A stretch of 63,707 nucleotides of DNA, counting the filler, from Lenisia limosa (taxonomy: Eukaryota > Protista > Breviatea), in the NCBI GenBank assembly GCA_001655205.1. It is 17 parts of 17 records of this genome, joined end to end, with 100 filler letters (N's around TTAATTAATTAA, not from the genome) between each part and the next. Parts side by side here need not be neighbours in the genome. Positions count along the whole stretch, not along the records: positions 40,886 to 57,888 come from LPNZ01006057.1; positions 57,989 to 59,181 come from LPNZ01002046.1; positions 59,282 to 60,949 come from LPNZ01004095.1; positions 61,050 to 62,459 come from LPNZ01003309.1; positions 62,560 to 63,707 come from LPNZ01006086.1; 12 more parts are not named here. One strand, 5' to 3'. The notes below the pieces were generated by a model. It saw only the letters and a program-made list of their open reading frames with translations. It searched no databases and was not told the origin of the DNA. This document shows, in pieces, positions 53,401 to 63,707 of this stretch (positions are counted from its first letter, which is position 1; the number at the start of each line of letters is the position of its first letter). The position numbers and the translations under genes were made by a program.

Positions 53401-54147
53401 GCTTCAAGATTTCACTAAGCTGAGATTAATAGTCAAATAGATGTTTTCTTTTGATGTGCTTTTGGGCTAAAATGAAGTTTACAATGTGGAAATAAAGAGG
53501 ATTGCCTTTGAAAATTAACTAACTCGCTCAAGAGGTAGGAGAATTCCGTCATTGAGTGGATCAGACATGCTGTTCTATCAAGCTAGAGAGGAGGTCAGTG
53601 TCGGTTGATTCAATGTATACATTAGCAGTAGATCATGGAGGATAACAAACCTTAAGAATATGGTAATAATTATCTTACATAATGCACCTACCTGGTCAGT
53701 GTGTTTGCTGTCAGGCATGAGGTGGAAGTAGTAACTCGACTGAGGCACTCGGGAGGTCTTGTGGTTGAATCCCATGGTAGATGTCCAATAGTCCACCCAT
53801 CTTTGGCCATTCTAAAAATGGTAACACATCGGAAGGAAATAAAACTTGGCAAGCTGGCCCTAAAGAGAAATGAATCAAAGTCACAATTACAAACATACTC
53901 ACGATTGGAGAGGGCTGTTCGAGAATGAATTGGGCTTGTTTCACCTCATCACATCGGACAAAGTCTTGTATTTCACGTTCAATTTGGGTCAAATGGTTCT
54001 GGAAATATCAAACATAATGCTCTGAGAGTGAAAGAGTGCATTTGATAGCATGGTGCCAACAGGGTTGATTCTTTGCCCTTTCAGTGACGTGATAAGACGG
54101 TCACAAGTTGCTTGAAGAGATGGAACAGGTAGACGGGGCAATTTCTC
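50405..54147 (-). CDS. Choline/carnitine O-acyltransferase family protein, multi-exon (start exon not resolved)
   Basis: Ordered exons EKLPRLPVPSLQATCDRL, RWVDYW, PRCMESY, LRVPGEKQD, RHVVVFHHG, GIGLLAATTRDIWA, SALFTVSIDN...SNRWRDK | PLQLVVLPDGAAGIVVE | AASLDG, IQLAIRK...ENCSTR | AFRWGWYDTIRTAT, EAVDAH, GLGVDNHL, WAVASAQ...GFPP, FNEALLESL...HS*. Confidence 0.88.
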
Positions 54148-55002
54148 CTATGTAAAGAATGAGGACAAGCAGAAACTTCAACACTTTAGGAGAAGCAGAG
54201 GAATCCACATATACTCCTATGTTTATTGAGTTGTGTTATGTTTTTAAACAAAATAGAATAATGGTAAACAATTTGACAATGATCGCCAGTTTTATGCAAT
54301 ATAAGAGCAAATTTAAGGTGGGGTTTTTATTACCTTTATCTACAAACCTGTTCCTTGAATGTGATATTTTGTTTCTTATGAGGATGAGGCACCATTTGAT
54401 TGGAATCTCCGATGCTAAAACATCGCGCCTGAAATGGTTGAGGATTCCTCCCAAAAAAAGTTATTATTATTCTGAGCACAAAACAAGTAAATAGCCCAAG
54501 TCATCTGCACAGAATGGAATGGTACCGTATTGCAAATTGTATGTAAACATTTCAAGTTCAATTATTCATTCTTGTAAGGATGACAACCAGAAACAATAGT
54601 TTTAACAGTGAGCGGAACATAGATCCCCATACAAATAAAGGTGCACATTGGGTAACTGTTGGCTGGAGAAGCCGCCCTAATATGGGAGGTGTACGTAGGG
54701 CTAGCATTGTAAAAATCTACCCTCCCTATCAATTCTAAATGCTGAAATCGTATCACCAAGTGAGATTTTTTTTGTGCCTAAAGTAGACCTTTGCTTTCTC
54801 TCTCGCGTTTTTTTATTACTTATACTGTAATGCTTCTACAATGTTTTTTCAATCCTTCAATGTACCAATCAGCTTCAAGAATCTATACCTGTTCAAATGG
54901 ATGAAAGACTTTTACTTACCATTTGGGGAAACAGGGATACCCGGGACCCAATTTTTATACCAAATTTTTCAAATTTTCCCCTTTTTCCTGTGTTTCATAA
55001 GT

Positions 55003-57746
55003 ATGTCAGACACCACTAAGTCAGCAGATCAGCTTCGTGCTGAAATCGCCAAACAAGGTGAATTTGTGAAGAACCTTAAGACCACTAAGGCCGCTAAGGT
55101 AAGAGTATTTGATACTAACTTGTAAATAACTTAATTTAGGATGAAATTATGGTTGCGGTCGACCTTCTCAAGAAATTGAAGCTTGAGCTCAACTCTCTTG
55201 TGAGCCTTCCTCCCTTCCTCTCTGTGTTTTTGACAATTAAGGCCCCTGCCAACAACACATTTGCGGCCAAGTTCGACCGTGCCAAGTTTGAAGACACCCT
55301 CAAGAGAAAGTTCTTCTACATCCAAAGTGGAGAGATCTATGGCGGTGGGCCAAGGGCAATGTGCTGATACGTGTACATTGATTTATTGAATGGGTTTAAC
55401 CAGGCAATACAGTGGTAGTCTGAATTTTGGAGAGTTAATATCACCCCTTCTTCAGTTCTATTTTTTTAATCTTTTCTTTTCGTAGACGTTAAATCTTTTA
55501 ATCTCCGCATTGGACAAATGCTCCCTTGTATCTTATATAAACCTCGGTAACATTGAGCTCTCGCAACAACATCTTTCTTTGAGAAGAGTGTATGAAAAGA
55601 TTTCTCTGGTTGATATGGGTAGACTTCTCCCATTTACCCCAACCAATTAACCTTCATTTTTGCAGCACTCATTTCAAAGTTTTTCACAATCTCCTGTGCA
55701 AACGATTACCATTTCTACCCAACTTTTTGCATTTCCACCAAAACTCATCTTTGAAATTTCCCTTTTAAACTCTCCTTTGTTGTTAACTTCTTANNNNNNN
55801 NNNNNNNNNNNNNNNNNNNNNNNNNNNNNNNNNNNNNNNNNNNNNNNNNNNNNNNNNNNNNNNNNNNNNNNNNNNNNNNNNNNNNNNNNNNNNNNNNNNN
55901 NCCCTGGAGCTGCTATCAAACAGAATGTCGTTTCGGAGTGGCGTAACCACTTTGTCCTGGAGGAGGGCATGCATGAAATCGAGTGCTGCACCCTCACCCC
56001 TGACTGTATTCTGAGGTCGGAGGAGGGCGGTTATATAATACATGGCCAGTGGGGCTTTGGTACACGCAAAGCCTTCAGTTAGACTTGCTTCATAGAGGCA
56101 GCAACTCAATCTAACGTAACGTTCCTTGTAACCAACCCTGCAGAGCCTCAGGTCATGTGGAGCGCTTTGCTGACTTCATGGTCCAAGACTCCGTCACAAA
56201 TGAGTACTTTAGAGCAGACCATGTTCTTGAAGGTTTGTGGGTCTTCACGCATTGTTTCCGTCGGGTTTCACTTTTCGTTTCGAGACCACCAAATCGTTTC
56301 ACCACATTTTACTAAATATTGCATTTACCTAATTTCAAGAAATATGGTCACCCTCCTTATTGGAAATGGTATTATTCTTCTGAAAAGCGACAGCGGTGTT
56401 TATGTTGTTACCCGGAGTCATCTTCCTGACAACCAATTCAGAGTTCATTGATAAGTTCCTTGCCGACTCTAAGACCACTGAGGAGCAGCGTAGCGCAGCC
56501 AACATCGACAAAAGCCGCGTGGACGAGTTTGACATTACCGGTAGGCTGTAGTAGCGATGGCTATTATCGCGCCCGATGTGACAGATATCTGCCGAGCTGA
56601 ATCAATGAAACATAACGAGTTGCTCTTTTTCGTAATGGACAAAGAAGTGTAACATACATATGATATGATATAAAACAGTCGTTTTTTAAATATGCAGCTG
56701 GTTTGACCTTCTCCTAAACTTCAGTTTTCTAATTCTGGCCCAAAACGGAACCTCCTTGACCCTGCAGAGCTTGAGGCCAAGTTGACGCAATACAACGCCA
56801 TCTCCGCCGCCGGCAACTCCCTCTCCAGACCTACCCCCTTCAACCTCATGTTCGCCACCTCTATTGGCCCCGCCGGACTCGTACCCGCGTAAGGAGGGGT
56901 GTGGTGCTACGACTGGGTAGTGTCATGATACACACATGCGACAGCGACATTAACTATCAGAATTGATTGCACTTTGGAAAGTCTTTTTCTCTGAGCCCGA
57001 AATCCAAAAAAAAGGTGCTAATGTGGCGTTCCTCTAATTGGCCTCCGCAGGTTCCTTCGCCCTGAGACAGCGCAGGGTATGTTCACCAACTTCCGCCGCT
57101 TGCTTGAGTTCAACAACGGCAAACTGCCTTTCGCTGCGTGTCAGGTAGGCGGGAGGGTAATGTTGAACAGTGTATCAATTTAGGGATAGATAATACTATC
57201 TATCACAATCTGATGTGACTAATCCTCAGAATTTAACCCCTTCCTTCACGGTTTCAGATTGGAACAGCCTACAGAAACGAGATTTCCCCCCGCGCTGGTC
57301 TTCTTCGCGTCAGGTACTGTGGAACTGTTCTCAAGGAACACGGAACTTTTGGTTTTTGAATTGGTGCTGTGATAGCTTAGACTGATTATTTTTCCAGATG
57401 AGAAACCCTTATGTAACGTTCTTGTTTAGAGAGTTCACAATGGCTGAAATCGAGCACTTCATTAAGCCCCACGAACGTGACCACCCCAAATTCGAAGTAT
57501 GTTGCCCTATTTTGTTGAGCCTTTTCAAACCTAGTGCGTGTTATCAACAAGCCAAGCAGCCCCCCCCCCCTCACACTTCCAATTTGGCCTTTTTTTTAAT
57601 TTGGGTAACGGTACTTCAGAAATATAAATTCTCATTTCCCACTCCTTTAGGAAGTTGCTGATGTCAAGCTTTCCCTCCTCTCCAGAGAGTCCCAGCTTTC
57701 AGACCAAAAGATCAATGAAATCACCCTCAGAGAAGCTCTTGAGAAG
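55003..57746 (+). CDS. GARS1: Glycyl-tRNA synthetase (eukaryotic alpha2 type, N-terminal WHEP domain), 3'-truncated
   Basis: MSDTTK...[12 protein letters not shown] (WHEP), [11 protein letters not shown]...[63 protein letters not shown]|[19 protein letters not shown]|[10 protein letters not shown]. Confidence 0.95.
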
Positions 57747-59281
57747 GTCCGTTCTTCTCACCGTGCTTTTCTCCCTTGATTTCCCGTTATTATTTTATTA
57801 TACTATTATATTGGTTTTTTTCACTTTTAAACAGTCATCTGATTATCACAGCCCCTCCTTCACTTTCCCCATCATTTAAAGATTATAANNNNNNNNNNNN
57901 NNNNNNNNNNNNNNNNNNNNNNNNNNNNNNNNTTAATTAATTAANNNNNNNNNNNNNNNNNNNNNNNNNNNNNNNNNNNNNNNNNNNNGGGGGGGGGGGT
58001 GAGAGAGAGAGAGAGATTGACTTCGTGCAATTAATCTTCAAAAATTAATTGACAAAAATTGAAATTGAAGTTTCTCTCATTACAATAGGTCTCACTCCTA
58101 ATTTTGCAATTAATTTTGCAATTAATTGCACGATGCCCTAAATAAAAGGTAGACCAATTGGCGTCCAAGCTCACCGCATAAAACTCATCTCCCACGGTTT
58201 CGACTGAACAGGTAAGACGGCTATTATTATTCTGAGAAAAAAAGAAAAAAAAAGACTCACACACAAATTTTACCATTAATAGCACCCCCCCCCCCNNNNN
58301 NNNNNNNNNNNNNNNNNNNNNNNNNNNNNNNNNNNNNNNNNNNNNNNNNNNNNNNNNNNNNNNNNNNNNNNNNNNNNNNNNNNNNNNNNNNNNNNNNNNN
58401 NNNNNNNNAACAATCCCCCCATCCCAGTAGAGTAATTTGTTTCTGGTATCCCTATGTATTTATTTGTTTCCCTCTAATGTATATTTCTCTTGTTTTTTTA
58501 AAAAATCCCCCGAACCTTTATAGCATCCGCTTTCGGTAGTAATCTTGCTAAAAGTCCTACAGTGTCAAGCAATGTTAAAAAAAAATATAATAAAATAATA
58601 ATGATAATACAAAAACAATAAGAGGAACAGAAAAGGTGATTATGGTACAAAAAAATGAAATTTACTGGAATAATACGCGAAGAGAGGAAGTGAGGGGGTG
58701 AGGAGAAGGAGAGTTGTTTCTTCAGCATGATCTAGCTATATATAGTATAGAGCAATGAGAAATAAAAAATTAAGGTTGTATCTGGCCAAAGCCGTCCACA
58801 CCATCACGGTTATTAGAGATAGTAGGCAGATATGAGAAATGGGAGTATGACTATACTGTCATGTTGAACAAATATTTTAAAATAATCTCAGATTTTGAAG
58901 CCCCCCCCTCCCCCACTTGTACATTTTGCCCAACAGTTGGAACAAATCTGCTGTAGGAATTTGACTTGATAGCTCCGTGAACCCAACCTGAGGGGTAAGA
59001 GTCATCAAGTGGTGGTTACAGTCGTGAGGATGATGAGGTTAGTTATTTATGGGCTTCACTGCGGTCCGAAAAAATATTGATATGAGGATTTATCGGGAGG
59101 TTCGGTCTTTTTTGGGGACCGTAGGAAGTCCGGGAAGCCCTAGTTATGATGCTGGTTACGGTGGCGGAAATGAGGTTGCTGNNNNNNNNNNNNNNNNNNN
59201 NNNNNNNNNNNNNNNNNNNNNNNNNTTAATTAATTAANNNNNNNNNNNNNNNNNNNNNNNNNNNNNNNNNNNNNNNNNNNN

Positions 59282-59930
59282 ACAGAGTAGGAGCATTTCA
59301 GCGTTATAAGCTTGCCTCAGCTCAGCTGTAGACAAACCTCCCGCCAGAATGGTAGTCAGTACGAAAATGACCATTCGCATTGACATTGAGGCGTCTGGAT
59401 CAACCTCGGCTGCTTCGGTTTCCTAATATGGTAAACAACATTTCTAAATTTGAAAATTGACTAATCAGTGTGACAAGATAATTGAAGTTTTAGTCTCAAC
59501 AACAGTCGGATCTTTATGATCCAGATTTCTACACCTGTACTGCAAAAAAGGATGTCCACTTTTCAATCATAAAGCCCCCTGTAAACCCCACGGAAAGCAG
59601 CGCGACGAGCAGTTTGAACACATGGCCTGCAGCTGCCAGGGGGTTGGGACTGAGGTGCGGCTCCAACTTCTTCACAATCGCCATTACGGACCCAAACTGG
59701 GGTAAGGGTAAGAGGGGAATGCAGTGTATGGCACACAATGTTTTTCTGTTAAATCAGAAGTAAGGCTTCTCTACGCTCTCAAAAAAGACTGAATTTCTCG
59801 ATAAATCCTTGATGATCGATATTGTAATGGTGAACCGTAGGGAAGCTCTAATCATAACTCACAGTGTTTTTAAGCTGGCTCAAGTCCGCGGCAGTTTCTT
59901 CCTCCAATATGGCAGCATTTCTGGGGGGGG
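59282..59930 (-). CDS. Hypothetical protein, three visible exons
   Basis: NAAILEEETAADLSQLKNT|GTGAG; FGSVMAIVKKLEPHL...FFAVQ|GTGTAG; ETEAAEVDPDASMSMRMVIFVLTTILAGG.... Confidence 0.45.
59761..59850. mobile_element. hAT-like MITE family A copy in an intron
   Basis: TAAGGCTTCTCTACG ... CCGTAGGGAAGCTCTA; flanks ATCAGAAG / ATCATAAC (6/8). Confidence 0.65.
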
Positions 59931-62309
59931 GGGNNNNNNNNNNNNNNNNNNNNNNNNNNNNNNNNNNNNNNNNNNNNNNNNNNNNNNNNNNNNNNNNNNN
60001 NNNNNNNNNNNNNNNNNCGTGAGTGATTTGCTCAAAATACCCTCATATTCATAATCTCAAAAAACACAATATAGTATATAATATTATTGTATTTTCCAAA
60101 GTTCAGAAAATTGTCTAAATCTCACACTAGCCTACGTTTTAAGGACCTTGTCAACCTCCACATCGTCTGCCAAGAGAGATATAACGCAGGTCTGAAAAGT
60201 GAGCAACATGAGAGAAATAATGCAGGAGCGGTACAATATTATTTTCTGTGTAAAAGTAGGAAATAGTATACCAGGGAAGCATCTGTCCAAAGCTCTCAAC
60301 TGTCATAATAGTACTTAGGATACTGATAAGAATAGACCATGAGTTCAATAATAGAACCTGTAGCTAACACAACGCACGGGACTTGAATTTCCCAAGAGGT
60401 TAGATAGGAACTAACCTGTGTCGCTGTCATCAACATGACACCCTTAGTCGGACTTGGGGACGGGTGAAGACTATCGCAGGTTTCGAAAATGAACCGGACA
60501 GATGGCGGTATTGGGAGGAACTCTCCGGATGGGAGCATTAGATGCTGTTGTCTGGAGGNNNNNNNNNNNNNNNNNNNNNNNNNNNNNNNNNNNNNNNNNN
60601 NNNNNNNNNNNNNNNNNNNNNNNNNNNNNNNNNNNNNNNNNNNNNNNNNNNNNNNNNNNNNNNNNNNNNNNNNNNNNNNNNNNNNNNNNNNNNNNNNNNN
60701 NNNNNNNNNNNNNNNNNNNNNNNNNNNNNNNNNNNNNNNNNNNNNNNNNNNNNNNNNNNNNNNNNNNNNNNNNNNNNNNNNNNNNNNNNNNNNNNNNNNC
60801 TAATGTTAAACACACGAGGGTAACAAATTAATTTAATGTTGTGGATCATTAGGCGTACCCCAAAGGAGCCTGTAGAGCCTGGAGAATCGAAGCGACCACC
60901 ACTGAGTCGAGCAAACCGTCAACAACAATCCAAGTCTGGGGGGGGGGGGNNNNNNNNNNNNNNNNNNNNNNNNNNNNNNNNNNNNNNNNNNNNTTAATTA
61001 ATTAANNNNNNNNNNNNNNNNNNNNNNNNNNNNNNNNNNNNNNNNNNNNGGTGACGTGGGAAATAAAAAAAAAAAGGTGAACTATCAAGCCGAAGCCGTC
61101 AACACCATCACGTTTCTAAATTGCGAAAATATTTCAAAGAAATGGTCAATGTCTAAGCAGGAAAGGCAAACCATCAGCGAATCTTCGATAAGTCTCAATG
61201 TTTCTTAGAATGTTTGTTTGCCCAGCTTGCATATTATTTGCTTCGAAAACACAGTACCAACCATAAGTCTTTGGAAGGCCGTATTGCTCAGAATCTTCGG
61301 GGGTGATGGAGTTCATTAACACCGAGTCAATCTGGGCGGAAGAAAAAAAATGAAAAATTTATCTTTGTAGCTAGAATTTGGAAAACACACGAGTTACAAA
61401 CAACTAGCCCCATAAAATATGAATAAATCCTGAGGGTACCCACCTGTCGGACGTCGGAAGCGCCAGAAGTCATAACCGCCTCCCACTCATGGCCTTGAGC
61501 AGGCTCCATGCCGGGCTCCCTGGGGGGGGGGGGGNNNNNNNNNNNNNNNNNNNNNNNNNNNNNNNNNNNNNNNNNNNNNNNNNNNNNNNNNNNNNNNNNN
61601 NNNNNNNNNNNNNNNNNNNNNNNNNNNNNNNNNNNNNNNNNNNNNNNNNNNNNNNNNNNNNNNNNNNNNNNNNNNNNNNNNNNNCTACAGCACCGCATCC
61701 CATCACTCCAGCGGGTTATATCACGTAAATAGACACAATTAATAATGAACAACTCAGAACAGGGAAGGTTCTAAACACAGTTAAATATAAATCATCCGCT
61801 CAGGATCTTGATTCGTCAAATCAATTTTTTTCAGAAAACATCAGAAAGAACCAAATAGAAAAGTGTAAAAAGTACCATATGATACGTGTAACCTTACCAC
61901 AGTATCACATAGATGGAAGAGAGTACTTGTGAGCAATAACAAGATTAAAAGTACCTTTTTCCAAGAAGAAAAAAGAAATTTCCCCCGTACCGTTTGTTGC
62001 TTTTGGTGTCGACAGCGGCCACACAGCACCCCGCCGAGCCGACCGCACAGGCTATCCACCCTCCGGGTCGACTCACAAGACACATGTCATTAACCTGGGG
62101 GGGAGGGGGTAAAACGAAGGATATTTCGATGAAGAATACTGGAGTAAAGGTACATAATAATAGCCAATAGCAAAAATCAATGAATCAAAATTCTTTAATA
62201 ATACCCACCAAAACAACAACCTACATTTGATCGCAGCGGAAGTACTCGGGACTCAAAGCATACCACCCATGACGCTGGATCCCTACACCTATAAAAAAAA
62301 CAAAAGAAG

Positions 62310-62459
62310 AAAACAAAAAAGAAAGAGAGAGAAAAAGAGAAAGAGAAAGAGCAAGAGAAAGAGAAAGAGAAAGAGAAAGAGAAAGAGAAAGAGAAAGAAA
62401 AAGAGAAAGAGAAAGAGAAAGAGAAAGAGAAAGAGAAAGAGAAAGAGAAAGAGAAAGAG
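62310..62459. repeat. (GAGAAA)n hexanucleotide microsatellite
   Basis: Direct observation. Confidence 0.95.
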
Positions 62460-62559
62460 NNNNNNNNNNNNNNNNNNNNNNNNNNNNNNNNNNNNNNNNN
62501 NNNTTAATTAATTAANNNNNNNNNNNNNNNNNNNNNNNNNNNNNNNNNNNNNNNNNNNN

Positions 62560-62615
62560 AAATAGCCTAGTTACCCCTCACAGAACCCAACGTGCCCTAT
62601 TAAGGCATTAGGCTC
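62560..62615 (-). ncRNA. Group II intron domain V (and start of domain VI)
   Basis: The minus strand reads GAGCCTAATGCCTTAATAGGGCACGTTGGGTTCTGTGAGGGG starting about 12 nt after the RT stop, fitting the domain V consensus GAGCC...ATGC...GCACGT...GGTTC with an AGC triad. Confidence 0.85.
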
Positions 62616-62627
62616 TTCATACTCTTC

Positions 62628-63707
62628 TTACATATCCCAGATATCTACGTATAGTTTTGGCTTCTTTATTGGAAACTTCTCTAAAAGCTTTAGATACCTT
62701 TTAAACGTTAACCACTTCTTCTGACTACGTCTTATTAATGTTTTATAGAATTGTATGATTATGTATCTATAGAATTTCAGTAAGCCATCATAGTTTCCTG
62801 AGATGCCATAATAAGCGTAATGACCTACTATTTTCCGATTTAACAGCTTAATAGTATCTGATGGTCTGCCGTGCATATTCTCTTTCAACCAGGATTTGAC
62901 TGCTGATTTCTTCTGCTTCAGTTTCTTCTTGCTCGTGCGATGAATGACTCTATACCTTCCTTTCCTCGTTTCCCCATTGTAATGGGTAAATCCTAGAAAA
63001 TCGAAGCCTTCTGTTCTTCCATCTTTACTGTGTTGTTTTGCAAAGCGACCAAACCTTATTAGCTTGGTTTTATCTTCTGCTACTTCTAATGAGAATTTCG
63101 ATAATCTTTCTTTAAGAAGCTCAAGGAATGCCTTAGCTTCATTTTCATACTGAAAGAAGCATACGAAATCATCTGCATACCTAACTATCTCAACCTCACC
63201 TTTGAAGTGTTTCTTAATGCCATGCTCAAACCAAATATCCAACACATAGTGCAAGTATATATTAGCAAGGACAGGCGAAATCAATCCTCCTTGAGGGGTA
63301 CCCTTATCACTTTCGTAATACTGCATCTCCTCCATGATACCTGACCTTAAAAACCTCTTTATGTATCGTAAAAAGTTCTTGTCTCCTATATCATGTTCTA
63401 AGAATTTTATCAGCCATTCATGACTCACATTATTGAAGAAACCCTTTATATCAGCATCCACAATAAAGTTCACTTTCTTCGTCATGATTATTTGGTTAAC
63501 CGAACTGATTGCCTTGTGACAATTACGCCCACGTCTAAAACCGTATGAGAAGTTCATGAACTTCGATTCATAGACCACATCTAAAACATTTCGCATAACC
63601 CCTTGTACTAGTTTATCTTCATAACAAGGGATGCCTAGAGGTCTTTTGTCATTCTTCCCTTTGGGGATGTATGTTCGTCTAACTGCCTGTGGTTTGTATG
63701 AAAATCT
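62628..63707 (-). CDS. ltrA: Group II intron reverse transcriptase/maturase (bacterial type, no endonuclease domain), 5'-truncated
   Basis: The frame is open to the window end (RFSYKPQAVRRTYIPKGKNDKRPLGIPCYEDKLVQ). Motifs SYGFRRGR, DADIKGFF, GTPQGGLISPVLANIYLH, YADD, GFDFLGF and an X/thumb domain (HYAYYG...RRSQK); uninterrupted by spliceosomal introns. Confidence 0.95.
   Translation of the reverse strand, partial: RFSYKPQAVRRTYIPKGKNDKRPLGIPCYEDKLVQGVMRNVLDVVYESKFMNFSYGFRRGRNCHKAISSVNQIIMTKKVNFIVDADIKGFFNNVSHEWLIKFLEHDIGDKNFLRYIKRFLRSGIMEEMQYYESDKGTPQGGLISPVLANIYLHYVLDIWFEHGIKKHFKGEVEIVRYADDFVCFFQYENEAKAFLELLKERLSKFSLEVAEDKTKLIRFGRFAKQHSKDGRTEGFDFLGFTHYNGETRKGRYRVIHRTSKKKLKQKKSAVKSWLKENMHGRPSDTIKLLNRKIVGHYAYYGISGNYDGLLKFYRYIIIQFYKTLIRRSQKKWLTFKRYLKLLEKFPIKKPKLYVDIWDM

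Noticed and set aside
636-61752. Most short entries in the supplied ORF track
   Set aside because: They use bacterial start rules on spliced DNA, span N-runs or lie antisense to real exons. Only segments supported by splice signals or motifs were kept.
62227-62511. Lys/Arg-rich ORF
   Set aside because: Translation of a (GAGAAA)n microsatellite running into a gap.
7852-63707. Functional gene cluster linking the group II intron RT with neighbouring repeats or genes (retron- or DGR-like system)
   Set aside because: The RT has group II signatures plus domain V and lies on a separate contig. No template/variable repeat pair or msr-msd region was seen.

Overview
The window is eukaryotic, intron-dense genomic DNA from a flagellated organism, probably a protist (CFAP58 is present). 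It is an artificial concatenation: 16 copies of a 100-nt spacer (44 N + TTAATTAATTAA + 44 N) join 17 contigs, so adjacency across spacers is not biological. Genes were recognised by manual exon stitching: CFAP58, RPN8/PSMD7, the PP2A scaffold A subunit C-terminus, GT31 galactosyltransferase-like exon sets, a carnitine/choline acyltransferase-family gene that appears to lack its catalytic His, glycyl-tRNA synthetase, a cysteine-rich surface protein and several hypothetical multi-exon genes. Mobile DNA is abundant. There is a 2.3-kb pogo-like transposon (perfect TIRs, TA target, DD35D, intron-containing frameshifted transposase) inside a host intron, at least five MITE families (hAT-like with 8-bp TSDs, Tc1/mariner-like, CACTA-like), and two dispersed repeats lying in sense orientation at intron 3' ends, one apparently supplying the splice acceptor. 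The last contig is an intronless bacterial-type group II intron (RT/maturase plus domain V), most likely from a co-sequenced bacterium. Exon boundaries and repeat coordinates were read by eye and are approximate; no database searches were run.
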